Source: Lineus longissimus (lineage: Eukaryota). Taken from it: a stretch of 64,000 bases of DNA. The DNA lies in contig NC_088308.1 in the NCBI RefSeq assembly GCF_910592395.1, positions 1,302,001-1,366,000 of the forward strand, written 5' to 3'. The number at the start of each line of letters is the position of its first letter. Positions within the stretch are counted from its first letter, which is position 1. A model generated the notes under the pieces. That model ran no database searches. It was not told where the DNA came from and saw nothing but the letters and a program-made list of their open reading frames with translations. Position numbers and translations under genes: made by a program. Shown in pieces: positions 38,689 to 57,868 of the stretch.

Positions 38689-41600
38689 TCATAAATTGTG
38701 AATTATCTGCTGTACTGTGACAACAACACCTGTTATTCCCCCAACAACACCAAAGATGATAATGATGACGTTCTTGGCGATGATGACCGGATGGAGCTCT
38801 CGGCCTTTGATCTTGATGTGGAAGAGACAGGGAAGCACGTACGCCAAGGCTGTGCTCCCACACGATCCTGAAAATAGAAAGGTTTAATATGTATAAATGA
38901 CTTTGCATGACGTAATGGCAGACGATGTCAGAAAGCATAACAGTCATGTCACTTGAGACTCCCAGTGGAATCCACCATTCCTCCACATGTCACTTCTCAT
39001 CTCTCTTTGGTGCAAGTCACTCAACCAGAAGACATAACAAATGTCGATGTTATTCATCAATGTATGAAAAGACTCTATGCATCAAACTGGCAAAGCCTTT
39101 CATCACAACTGACAAATATAGAATAGATGGAGCTACCTTAACGACAAACTCCTTACCTACAAAAGCACTAATGTATGCAAAGTTATTCCTGAGGAGAACA
39201 CTCAAGCCTCCAATGACCAGCACCACTATTGTACGTAAGATGTTCCTTTTCCAAGTCGGGACCTATTCAGAGAGAAAACAAACATGAAGAAACCAATTAC
39301 AGTCACAATAATAGAAAGGGAAAATATCTCATAATTTCTATCAAGTATCATAACATACTTGCTTATATTCATATGTTGGTTGTGAAAGGGCTAGTGTCCA
39401 AATATTTATGCTTGTTCAATGAATATTTGAGGTGTATACAAGAAACGTTGAAGCATCTTAAAAGAATTTACCTCTTTTTGTCGTTGCACGACGATTAAAG
39501 CTGTTGCTTCTGTACTGCCATCATTGTCAAACTCAACTTCATCTTCTTCATCTTTATCCTGGACTAGACCTGAAAGTTGACTCGTATCATGGGCACTGCC
39601 TAAAAGAGGGATAGCTACTTGTTAGTAGGAAAAGAAGGTTAGTGTTAGGAGAAAGACATGCATTCGCTACAGGAGAGGCAAGGCAGAACTAAGACAATAG
39701 CAAATCAAAACAATATTCTTATCATGCTGGCTTACCAACGTCTCCGTGTTAAACCATCTCAATCAACTGGATGAACAAGGAGGAAGTTGTATTCAAGCAA
39801 CCCGCCACACAAATGGTGGCATTTTCCATACAGAAGAAAGAGAGAGTAAACCTAGCAACAACATTATTTGGACCAGAAGTTTCTACACTGCAAAGTTATT
39901 TTAGGATGGGGTCTAGCTACATGTATGCTAAGTGTACATGTAGTTCTATAAAAGTTCTAAGTGCATCCGACTAGCTGGAGGAACCAACAGAATAGCCATG
40001 CATGTCTCTACAGGTACATGTCATGCAAACTATGAATGCTTGTTAAGATTTTAAGAAAGGGGTTATGATGAGACATGCAGTGAGACAGATAGGAACTATG
40101 CTGTAAAGGTCTTATCAGAGACTATAGAGGTGCCAGACCAATGTTTGCAGAATGACCAATTGGTACAACATGCACCAGCCAGAACTGCCTCCCCTTGTGT
40201 CCAGCAATGTGTAAAACCTTTGGTGAAAAAGTGCAAGTCAGAAACAGAAATTGTAATTCCTGAGTTTTCTGACAATTTTAGCATGATTACTAAACATTTT
40301 TTCCTTAAAATCAAAGTGTAAAATGGCCTTAACAAAGTGTAAACAGGCCTTTTGCCTGACAATGTGTAAAATTTCCCCCAAATGCATAAGGGTAGGCAGC
40401 CCTAAAAAGCTGTGGAGGTGTACAAGGCCTCATCATAAAAACTGGCTCAGGACTTGACCTAAATTCTTGATTCAATACCAGGCATGCATTTTCTCAATCC
40501 TGGTCACCAGATCACTGCTTCTATACTTACATCACAACATTTAGAATTTAATGACACAACATGACTACAAGATTAAAAAACTGTCATTATCAAGGCCGCC
40601 TGACCCACCAATTTCTCGATAGTTCAACAACACATTCAAATGATAACAAGCAGCGACAAAACTGCCAACGTCTAAAACAACCAATGCCAATTACATTTTG
40701 TGAGTGCTAATAATTGCTCTGACATGAATAAATAAATTAGAGTAATGTATATCGTAAGTGTATGACTTATCACAGCCAACAAAATGAATGTAATTTCGTA
40801 CAAGTACATTCTCAGACAGCCTGAGTTTTCGCAATAAAAACTTGTTTTGAGTGGGCCCCAAGCTCCCTGGATGTGAACCCAAGGTTAGATTTTAGAAGGC
40901 ACCTTGACCTAAAGCTTTAAACTCGAACGCTCCACCATTCTAACCACAGTAATATTCCTGCTTGCATGACTTGTGTCAACTTACCTAATCTGAATATATA
41001 ATGCTCCGTTATTTGACAGACTGGGAACACCTGCAGGGGATAAGTACACGCAATGGCAAGGATGAGACACGTGTCCACACACAAAGACAAGACACTGAAT
41101 GGAGGCAGATTATTCACGATGACTTGTTGGACGTGAGGGCCGTAGCGTAGATATCCGATGATACCGAATGAAGAGAGGACACAGGAGACGAGGAACAGAG
41201 CACCATGGAGGTAGAAAGGAAAGTTTTTGCGGTTTCCTTCCATGCTTGCTTCCACTGGAAGAATCTGAAAGACATGAGACAAAATGGACTTGAACTCTTT
41301 TAAGTCTTTTTGTTGAAAACATACAAAATATGTGGTCACGACAGGTTCTGAGCATTTTTAATTTGAAAAGGAATGAAACCCAGTACATACCAAACCAATT
41401 CCTTCGAATGCAACTGAGACCTGACCAAAGAAGACCGGAAATGTCTCCCACTTGAAGTACACTACCCCTGGGTCGATCTTTATATCTGAAATGAGTAGAA
41501 TACACAAAATTGTAAACATAAAGTTGACCAGAAACAGCCCTTCCACTTATAAATTGCAAGTTCGTACGAAAGGCTTTTCATTGCACAGTGACATGACAAA

Positions 41601-44600
41601 AATGATATGACTTGAGATTTCATCGGTTGTGAAAACCTGTATTTTTTAAATAAAAAGCTTTCCAATGGAGCATGGCACTGGACTCAAAAGATTCCTCTAC
41701 AGAAGTGAACTCTAAGAACACTTACCAATCAACATGTAAATGAGAATAGCAAAGTAACCACCAAAGATAGCTACATTGGCAATTAGACTGATGGGTCCCA
41801 GCTTGCGGATGTTACGGATATAGGCGAAGAGGATAAATGGCAAGAGAGGTGCAATGACCAACCACCTCAGGTCCGGTGCGGAGCTAACAAACACATGATC
41901 AGATGTGTTCGTTGCTGGAATCAGACTCTCGTTTGTCGGTAAGATGGTTGTCGTATTCATAAACGGAGTCGTGATGGGTGTAGCTGTGGTTTGATTGCCA
42001 GACGTTGAGGGGCCTATTGTTGTGTCAGAAGTATGATTCCCTGGCACTGTGGTCGTTATGGTTGTTGCATTTCCTGCTCCAAAAACCATGAAGTAAGGTG
42101 TAGCAGAAGGACCGAGATCCTCCTTATTCACAAATTCCACCATGTCATGATCTAAGTCATTTTTTCCTAAGAAACTTTCAATATTGTTATAGCCATGAAT
42201 AGGATGACCTTCAGAATCAAAGGAGAAATGATCAGTCCTAGTATGGTTCACTGTAACATTCTGCCAAGGGTAAACCAGCTGAACTGTCACTTCCTTCAAA
42301 GGGAACATGGCAAGAAGAGTATTGCCAACGAAAATGAAATACGCTACACAAAATCCTGTTTGTGTTATCAACAGAAAGACATCCACTATCACAATGCCCC
42401 ATTTTCCAAAACATAGCCCGCCTATGTCGGCATAGCGGAGATCTCTTTGTAGGTGTTGACGGTAGGTCCCATCATCCTCCTCTGAGTTCTCCCTCTCGTA
42501 TTTTTCACATAGCTCCTCCACGAGATACTTCTTACATTTGACGATGAGCTGACAGCAGTGGTCAGTGACGGCAACGATGATCACCAGTGAAATGCATCCC
42601 AACTGAAACCAAAGGAAATGGTAAACATTTATTTTCATGAATCACAGCATATGTGACCCGCTCTACCAAAACTTGTCGCTTGTCGCATCTGAACTTGACA
42701 GGTTGATACGGACTTGTTGTTCATTTCCCTATTGTAGACCGTTTGTGAAATGTGACCAAATCAGTTTGTAATAGATTTCACAAAAGGTCTACAATAGGGA
42801 AATGAACAACAAGTCCGTATCAACCTGTCGAGTTCAGATGCGACAAGTGCCTAGTTTTGGTAGAGCGAGTCACATATTTGAATATAATTATATCCAATTT
42901 AAAAACCTCAGTTATGACTAACTTCATCATAGATAATAAAACATCCTTTATTGTATACATTTAAAAAGCAATTTCAAAAAGCTATAATGTCCCTGTTAAA
43001 GGGAACTAACACAGAATGAGAATTATCCACCATACTATGTAAATCCAAACAGATTGATAATCTTGCAACCTCTGGGGTGTCTATTAACAACAGAGCCTTT
43101 TACCAGGAACTGGTTTTGTTTCTCTATTCTACAATATTCGAAAATCAAAGGAAACTTGCACAAGAACGTCAGCAGAAGAATTTTACTTAGGTAGATATAG
43201 AAATATAGAAATATAGCCTTCATGATACTTCATGACCAAGTTGGGTCTTTGCCCGGTTAAGTGCATTTATCTACAGTGCGCATGCAGAATGGGATGTGGA
43301 TCATATGCCAGTGGAGGTAGAAATTAGTTGTACAATGAAGGGTTTATTGGGAGTTGGGACCATCACAATGCAAGGTAACGTTGAAAGACAAGGAGAATAT
43401 AGCCAAAGCTGCAAAACATTGTTACATGTAGATTAGGAGGTCATTATGAATTGATCAGGAAACATTACTGATAAAAGTGTCCCAGGTTTAATTGATTGTA
43501 TTGTTCAGTTACGGCATGTCACTTGAGCTGCATATGTAGGTTAAAGGTTTGTGTCCTGAAGCTCGTTTGTTAGCAGGCCTCTATCTAAAAAGTACAATAA
43601 AGACCCAATTGATTAGGTTTCCCCAATTAAAATCTTCTGTGCGGTGAATCCAAATGATCAGATTAACAATTTGATTTGAATAAGAAAATCTCATATGTCT
43701 ATATTCTCCCTTGTTCACAATTCTAAGCATGCAAATTATATTTCTCCTACCAGTAATCCACTCTGAAAGAACCCAAAAGGCAAACTCAAATAGCTTGAAC
43801 CAATGAAAGCTTTCACTATGTTGTTTAAGTCTCCCAGCTTATGAAGGCAGCCCGTGCGTTGTCCTCTGACAGTGACAACCCTGTAAAATCATTCAAGAAA
43901 CAAATTACATTTTGCCAATGTCATATGTTTGGATGGAAGAATTTAAATCTGCCTTTTTTTAGTCCCGAGAGTGATATTTCTCTTCAATAGGTGTACAGGT
44001 ATTGCCACACCCCAAAGAAATTCAGGCAACTGTGCATGTGTAACCTCAAGGAGAAGAGTGGAGATGCAATCACTACTTAATATGAGATACCAAATAGTCT
44101 ACGTCAATACAATCAAGGCGTACAATGTTGATATCAAGCTAGAAGTACATACATGTACATCAACATTTTTTGTAGCCTAATCTCACAAAAGGCAGACAAT
44201 AGAATGTCTGGGATCACTAGTACTCAGAAGTGACACACTTCCATTCTTCTCCATATTAGCTACGTCAACCTGGTCTTGACTTGTCAATCAAGATTGCAAT
44301 GAATGAGAGACTCAGAGACATTAAACTTCTCAAGACAGGCGTGTCATTGTCCATTCTGACTCAGCTAGATGTATTGCTGAGTTTCATGCTGTGATTGATT
44401 TGACCTTTTGTGTCTGTTTTGAGGAGAGCCTTCTCCACAAAACAGAAGCCACAACTTTGATATCAACAAGCCAAGACCATGCAGTGCTGCTGCCAAGTCA
44501 AAAACAGGTTTACCAGGAGTCCACTTTGAAAGAAACCGAAGGGTAACCCTAGATAGTTGGATCCAATAAAGGCCTTCACAATGTTGCTGAAGTCACCCAT

Positions 44601-45700
44601 TCTGCGTCTAAAGCTGATATTTTGCTTGGTCGAAACATTCCTGAAAATTGTCAAAGAAAGTGGATTCTTTCATGCAAGCCATGCAGCCTCCCAAAAAGAG
44701 GTATTAAGATCAACACATTTATGTGGTATGCAGTTTTGAGTTCACTGTGAAAGTCCAATGACAATCACAGCTGTTGAGTGGCCCTACTACCTAAGTCATG
44801 TAAGTCAAGTGGCAGTCATCCTTAAACCTGGTTTTAAATCATTACAATGAGTAGTCATGAACTGGACCATATACCGGGAAACACATTTCCAGAAAATTTC
44901 ATGACATTTGCCTTGGGTGTTAGATAAGAGATCTGCCCGCGACTCACACTCACAGCCCTCTATCTTGTAGTCTTGTTCTGCAAATTATTTAAACATTAAT
45001 CAAGGTTTCACGAAAAAACTAGTCTTAGAACTCCTATCCTTCACCAAATTATCTACTATATCCCCCCTCTCCCCACCACCAACTACTCGCTATCATTGAC
45101 ATTGTGTGCTAGCCAACTGCTTCTTCGGTCAACTGCCATGATGGCATCATCCTAACTATATCCCCCCACCACCACCACCACCACCACCCGAGTCTTCTCG
45201 CTCACCAGCCCTATTAACGAAGAGCTCCCTATCAAGGCCTGAGCCTTCCCCATATTATCGTTCACCAATCCTGGTTTTAAATCATTACAATGAGTAGTCA
45301 TGGACTAGACCATATACCGGGAAACACATTTCCAGAAAATTTCATGACATTTGCCTTGGGTGTTAGATAAGGGATCTGCACGTGACTTGCACTCACAGCC
45401 CTCTATCTTATCTAATCTTGTAGTCTTATTCTGCCAATTATTTAAACGTTAATCAAGGTTTCACGAAAAAACTAGTCTTAGAACTTCTATCCTTCACCAA
45501 ATTATCTATTAAACCAACGTACATGTGTAGGCCTGTCTATATTTTCAACGAAATATAAAAAAATGAAAGCTGAGTTACATTTTTTGGGACATCCTGTGTG
45601 TGTCCCAAAACTAAGGAAGTGCCAAAAATTTTACCAACCTGCAATCAACTGAAACTGGTTCGGTCTCAGATGAATTCTGACATCTCTCATGATTCTCCAT
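38689..45700 (-). CDS. Amino-acid transporter (Aa_trans / SLC36-ANT-like); exons 45700-45639, [44640-44514 OR 43880-43751], 42602-41726, 41485-41391, 41264-40985, 39599-39472, 39262-39157, 38867-38689
   Basis: NIVKAFIGSNYLGLPFGFFQSG (TM1), YADIG..CFG.WG, TQTGFCVAYFIFV, AFEGIGLILPVEASM, TYPLQVFPV, VGSCGSTALAYVLP motifs; many hydrophobic segments. Confidence 0.9.
42649..42877. mobile_element. Foldback MITE: ~103-bp inverted arms, 23-nt loop
   Basis: 42649-42751 is a near-perfect reverse complement of 42775-42877. Ends TA-TGTGAC…GTCACA-TA. Confidence 0.9.
44827..45508. repeat. Direct duplication of ~230 bp (44827-45055 and 45270-45508) flanking a C-rich spacer
   Basis: CCTGGTTTTAAATCATTACAATGAG…CCTTCACCAAATTATCTA occurs twice with few substitutions and one small indel. 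Confidence 0.9.
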
Positions 45701-46733
45701 GATTCACCAAATTATCAATGCATCAATCAACGTAATTTTTTATCCTCATCTCTCGGGCCGTTCATTCGTATCAAAAATCTCTCAAATCGTTTAGGTCCAT
45801 GGACTTGTCAATGCTTGTTGACATTCAGAGCGCATCACTGTTCCATGCAGAGGTTTCGAAATCGTCAGCCAATCTCCGTTAAAAAAGCTTACTGACGTGT
45901 TGGAGAATATTTGTGACCTTCACCTCTGAGCCGAAGGTTCATTTGTATTGAGAGCACTGATTGGTCAAATTTGAAATCGCTAAATATATCAACAAATCGT
46001 AGTCCAGCTCACATACTTTTTAGAGAGCGCCAGTTCCGAAATTTAAGATTTTGTCAAAACCTGAATATTTGTTTGTTTTTGAAGCAGTAAGTTGATAGCC
46101 AACATGAGTAAGGCACACTTATTTCTTTCGTGCGACCATAGGGCTGGTACAATGGACCAATTAGACAAGCCTACTTCATAATCATGATTTCAGCTGAGTT
46201 TCTTGCCACTGCTGCAAGCCTTTCGGGGGAGGTGGTTCATTCATGCAACCTGCTAACCAGGTCACGGTCCACGGAATACATACACTCCGACATAGCTTTT
46301 TGTTATCACCCGGCTCACAATCGGAACGAGTTTACAATCCCCGATCACACCCCAAAAAAAGGTCATCGGTTGACTAACCAAGCACCACTGTTCAATGGAT
46401 TTATAGTTGAATGCGATCAGACTACGTCATTTCCGATCGGGGATTCTAAAGTTTAGCCTCACAATCAATCGACCAACTTATGTATATGCAAAGAATCATA
46501 ATCTAATGTTGCGCAATATGATGGTATTGTCACGTTGTGTGAAGATTGTGCGTTATATCGCCCCTTTTTAAAGGACATTAACGTCATGAGGTAAATGGTG
46601 ATACAACGTAGAAGTGGCGATACATTATCGCGCAACGTTAGTGTAAGATAATGGATGGTTGACAGTGACACTCCATGACAATTACATTTACATATTTTAC
46701 TTGTTTTCATCAGGTTCAAGTTGACTTCTCATA

Positions 46734-47886
46734 ATGACTTCAGAAACGGACGTGCTCAGTTATGCTGATGAACTTGAAAGTATTCTGTCAAATAGTGATG
46801 ATGAAGAATTCCAAGTCCTGAATAAAATTAAAAGTAGTATCGAGGATTCAAAGAAATTGCAGATTCGTAAGGAGGCAGAGATCAACATGGCTATTGAAGG
46901 TAAAAGTGCACTGGTGTGCTTTGGTTAATTTTCAATTCAAGAGGAAGCAATGAACAAAGAGAAAAAGTGTCATTCCAGAGGTCCCAACAGAAGTACTCTT
47001 CAGTTACAATGAGCGGCGTATAACTTATACTTTTGTGTAATTGTTTGCAGCGCTACAGAAGGACATGGGTGAAGCCAGCAAGGTGAAGCGACAGATTGAT
47101 GTGGTCCAGTGCAGCAAAAACGCTTCTCTTGAAAAGGTTCAGGAGTTGAGAGAACAATGTCAACGACTAGAAGAAAACAAGAGGGAACATGCCCGTATTG
47201 CAGATCAGAGCAATATCATAAGGCAGGCCAAGTAAGCATTGTATACTGAGTGAGGGACACTTGAGAAGGTGTATGCCTATGGTATGCCAATTAACTTTGC
47301 TGTCAAACACAAGTTCTTTGAAGTGTTTACAATGGATGCTTTCAGATGGATTATCCTGCAGCTTTAGGCAGATCTGACTGTTGACACTATTATATTTTTG
47401 TCTTTTTCAGACATCAGTCAAATTTGTATTCCTCTGTGTGCAAGATTCGATGGCAGTTCGACAGTCAGCCAGATGAAATCAAAGGCTGTATCCTTTTCAA
47501 TTTAATCAATCTAACAACATTTTCATTTAAAGTTGAAGTACTCCACAAATGATTAATGTCTATTGCTGGGACCCTGGTGTAGAAATGACAACATGATGAT
47601 TTTGAAGGGTTAGTGGTTGCGGATTTGTTATGATCAAATGATTCCATTCAGGTTTGATAAAGCACCACGTAAATAAGCAATTTTAATTGCAGGTCACAGC
47701 ATTTGCGGGCCGCTTAAAACTCTTGGTTAGTTCAGGAAATCATTTAGTTCTTTCCTTAATTGTAATTCAGTTGTTTTAAACAGCTCAGGAGTGAAGCCAT
47801 TCTGCCTGAATCAAAAAGAGAACTCCCAGTTTTTTATCACAAACTACTTGTGGGATCTTATGGAGCCGGATTGGGACTCAAATTGA
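46734..47886 (+). CDS. SPC24: Kinetochore protein Spc24; exons 46734-46899, 47051-47231, 47411-47487, 47771-47886
   Basis: Coiled coil followed by LYSSVCKIRWQFDSQPDEIKG…PFCLN…SQFFITNYLWDLM, matching the Spc24 globular domain (LY…I.W.Y…KG…FIS.YLW). Last intron is U12-type. Confidence 0.88.
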
Positions 47887-50208
47887 TTTTTGCACCAATT
47901 GCCTGGACATGGACTAGCCTGATGTGACATCTGCTGTGAACTATTTGAGAGACAGGTCTAAATAAAATCAGCTTTCCTCTCATATAAAAACTGTCATACA
48001 TTTGTTCCAATTTAGATCTATTTGGCTCAGATAGTTGGGAGAAACCACGCAGTGCATACATGGCATATCGTGCACTGTCCCAAAAGAAAAACTCTGCCTA
48101 AGCCAAGCATGTTTTGTCTTGTTCAAACAACTGTGGATGGAGAGTCACAGATTCATGTATTTGTCGAAGGCACTGTTTAGTCTGTTAGCTAACTTATACT
48201 CCATTTTGTAAATATATAGAGCATGTAGTGTGTAATTGTGTATATTGTGGTAATTACATTAAACCAATCTGGTTGCTGTCATTTATCTAATAAAATGCTG
48301 TCCTAACCTGTTACCTTGGTCTTGTTGTTCCCTTCTGATTGTGACCATGTCCAAGAGACAAATACTCCATTCTTGCCCACATGAAGATGGGCTTAGCAGA
48401 GATGACAACTGCATTGCAGTACCTTTCTGGATGTGATTGCTGTCAATTCAGTCCATATAGCAATGGATTCAGTGGTGTCTCATAGCAGACAGACAATTGC
48501 TGCTGGGCTGCTCCTTCATAGATGTAACGGTCTTCACTGTAGTTCACAAACAGATGGGGTACTTATTTACAAGACTACTGCAGTGCAGCCAGCACTTTAG
48601 TGGATGTACATGTAACCGCCTCAATTCTGGTCCTATCATGTTCCGATACATGAAGACTGGGTCGGCATCTTGATAGCAGAGAACATTGCTGCAATGAACC
48701 ACCAGTAACTGTGTCCATTCTGGTTGCGACATCTCTGGCATGAATCAGTCACAAAACTGCACTTGCCCAGATGCGACAACCCCTAAGCCAATAGATTACA
48801 TGAATGTAGCTCATTCAGAGACAGCACCATGCACTCGTCTCAAGTTTCTTGGCTAAGCTGGCCTTCCCTGTAGACCCCATCTGGATGCGACAACAGTCTC
48901 CATTATATTCTGGTTGTGACCATCTTTGGCATGTACTGACGGATGCCTAAGTACAGCACTTGCCTGGAAGATAGCATAGCATTCACGGAGACTATATACA
49001 GAGGTGCTGAATCCGCCTGGATGTGACTATCCCCATCCTGACGCTCTATCTGTAGCCAATTCCTTGAAAGTCCAGCGTTACCGATCGTGTTTCATTTCAC
49101 ATCAGTTCCATCGAGCAGCCAGTCAGAACAATTGTGTCTAACGACCGACTTCTACTGTACAGAAAAAAACAACAGGACATTGTTCTCTTTGAGTGTATGT
49201 ATTTTAGACAATGAAATATACAATACTGCCCAAATGTTAATAAGAATAGATCGCAGCTGATAGAATCTTACAGGTATAATTCTTCTTGATCATTGTAAAG
49301 CATACATATAGATGACATTGTGCATTATGTGCCTATGGTGCTAACATGTATGTCTTGATAAGCGGAACCTTTTAGCAACGAAATGAAGGGGTGTGGCTGA
49401 AAACAGGGTAACCCAGACTTTTGGCAAAATGGAGTTCTTGGTACCATTTGGTTTGTCCAATTGTCCTTTATGGACTGACATCAAGAGACCTCTTGCATTG
49501 GTCTCAAAATATTAACCATGTCTGCAAAAAAAACCGTTGACTGAGAGGAAGAACCTGGTAAGTGCAGTGCTTGTGCATCGCTGTCAACAACACTGTGACC
49601 TGGTGTAAAGTGCAAATTTGTAGACTTTTTCAAAATAAGCAAAATATGGGCGAGCGGTTTATAAATTCTTGCACACACCCCTTTATGTACAGTTGATGTT
49701 TGGATTGACCTGCACTTGATTTGCCAAGAGCTTATGCAATACAGTGGTAAACATACATGTAAATCTGGCACCTGTCATGCAGGAAGAGATATTATTATTT
49801 TTGAAACTACATTGTAAAGTAAACAACCCGTTATCACCATTATTTTTTGTCATGCAATACAATGCTTTACATTTGAATACAACATATATGGTGGTTAACT
49901 TTCTAACCATGGTAGAAAAGCACAGCAGCAAAGAGAGAATTTACATGTTCATGTAGCAGAAACGGACTTATAAAATCAATTGGCCTGGCATATTTTGCGA
50001 TTTGACTCACTTTGTTTCTGGCGTAACATTTGTAGTCCCTATGTTACCATTTCTTCTAGCCTGTCACTACCGTAAAAGCCAACACTATGAAAAAGTAAAG
50101 ACAGTCACAACCAGACCAAATCTTGCCCAGCACTACCTCGAGGCCAACACTTGTAATAATTCCCCAGGATTTAGGCCTACTGGTCAGCGGAGTGCTACAT
50201 GTATGATC

Positions 50209-56034
<5,826 letters not shown>

Positions 56035-57540
56035 TGTGTTCAATAGTTTTTGGCAAACTGTATGATTGATTTTCCTCTTCTTTTCTGATAGATAGTAGGC
56101 AGTCTGAGCCAGAAAAAAGGAAGTATAAGTCTTGAGCAATAGAACGACTCTGGGGAATGGCTGCTTCTGGGAATTGCTCAGAAGGTAGCCCAAGTGCTTA
56201 AGGGAATGACTTGGCCCTCTTGGATGGATTTTAAGCCTGTTAATCAGAAAAGGTTTCTCGGTCAGACGTCAGAAGTTACATGTACAAAATCAGTTATTGT
56301 AGGTAGATTCTATGAGGTCATGTCTCTGTGGCTGATAATTTTGACCAAGGTCATTTGCATGCTGACCAGTTATGCCTGTGTAGATTGGCAGGTAATAGAC
56401 GGTTTCAACAAAGACAAACCAGAGCCTATTATTAACAAAACAATTCACACACATCAGCCGGGTGGAAGAGGTCACTGACACTGGTCAGTGAACTGTCACT
56501 GTGTCAGTCACAGTGTCACTGTCAGTGGTCAGTAGGCCTAGTTCTGCTTGGGCTAAGCAAGGTACATTTACTCTGGAACAATGCTATCAGTCACTGTGAC
56601 CCTAGCTGGTAAAAGGGTGTCCTGACAAGAGCCTATGATGCCTTGATTGCTGGGACTGGGGTGTGGCTGAATGGCATGGTATGGTTAGCATACGTGACTG
56701 AGACTCAGACTGAGTGTCATTACAGTACTGCCATCACTCAGACATATCATACTCATCTACTCATAAGCTCAGGCTCAGTTCAAAACAAACCTTTATCAAA
56801 CAATTGCACTAATTTAAATTTTGTCTCTTGTGACTGCTCGACTGGTATTCGATGCTGAAGTATTGCAAAATTTGTGAAAATAGAAATGCGGAAGTAAACA
56901 GTGGATTACTGGATATGAAATGATGTATCAAACCTGTAACACTATTTGAAATGAATATTTTGTCATAAATGTATATTGTGTCACCAAATAGGTTAATATG
57001 AATGTGTCTACCTTAATATTAATAATCATTTGACTATCTTTTATCTCTAGATGGCAAAATAATTGAAAAATATTATTTCTGGCAAACTGTGGTATTACAT
57101 GTATTACATCGGTGAAGTCACAAAACAAGCAGAGACCTCTCTTGGCGCTTTGAGAACCAAAAATCTCTTCAGTTTCATCCGACCGAAAATTTGAGGAAAA
57201 AACAGCGTTTTCTCGTTGATTTATTTACGTCAAGGTACTTTTTTGATGCGATATAGGTCACAAAACACGGAGGGCTTACGATCCAGAAACATTTAGAATG
57301 AGAGAGTGAGAAATGATAAAAATAATAATGATTTTTTGGAAGGGTCAATATGAAAAAATAGAGAGGTTTAGCAGATTCGCCTGTCTTTTACGACCTTATC
57401 GACAAAAAAGTGAAGCTTAGCAACGTTTCTGTACATGCCAACGTAATCGCGAAAATATTGGATGGATAATCAACCTGACTGAAGGGCCCAATCTCGGAAA
57501 GACCAGCTTCAGCCTGTTGAAACACAAAGTTGGAAGTCTT

Positions 57541-57620
57541 CATTCAATTCAATGATTCATCATCATCATATTCATGATCATCATGATTCATGATCATCAT
57601 GATTCATGATCATGATGCAT
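57541..57620. repeat. Low-complexity (CATGAT/TCA)n tract
   Basis: ATTCATGATCATCATG repeated about three times. Confidence 0.7.
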
Positions 57621-57868
57621 TCAAATTAACAATGCCAATGACAATTAAGTATTCGGGTCAATCATATGCTCGTGGGAGCAGACTCCTGAGGCCCATGGGA
57701 ATGTTGTTTTTCACAGATGAATGTTGTCCGATCTAAAGTAAGAAGTATTCTTTTTTTTCAGGTGAAGATTCCTACACTTTCAGAAATCATGGTTGATTTC
57801 AAAAACATGTCCTGTTGGTAGCTAGCGCCTTTTGCTGTTTTGAATCACTTCTTGGTGTTCAGAAAAAG

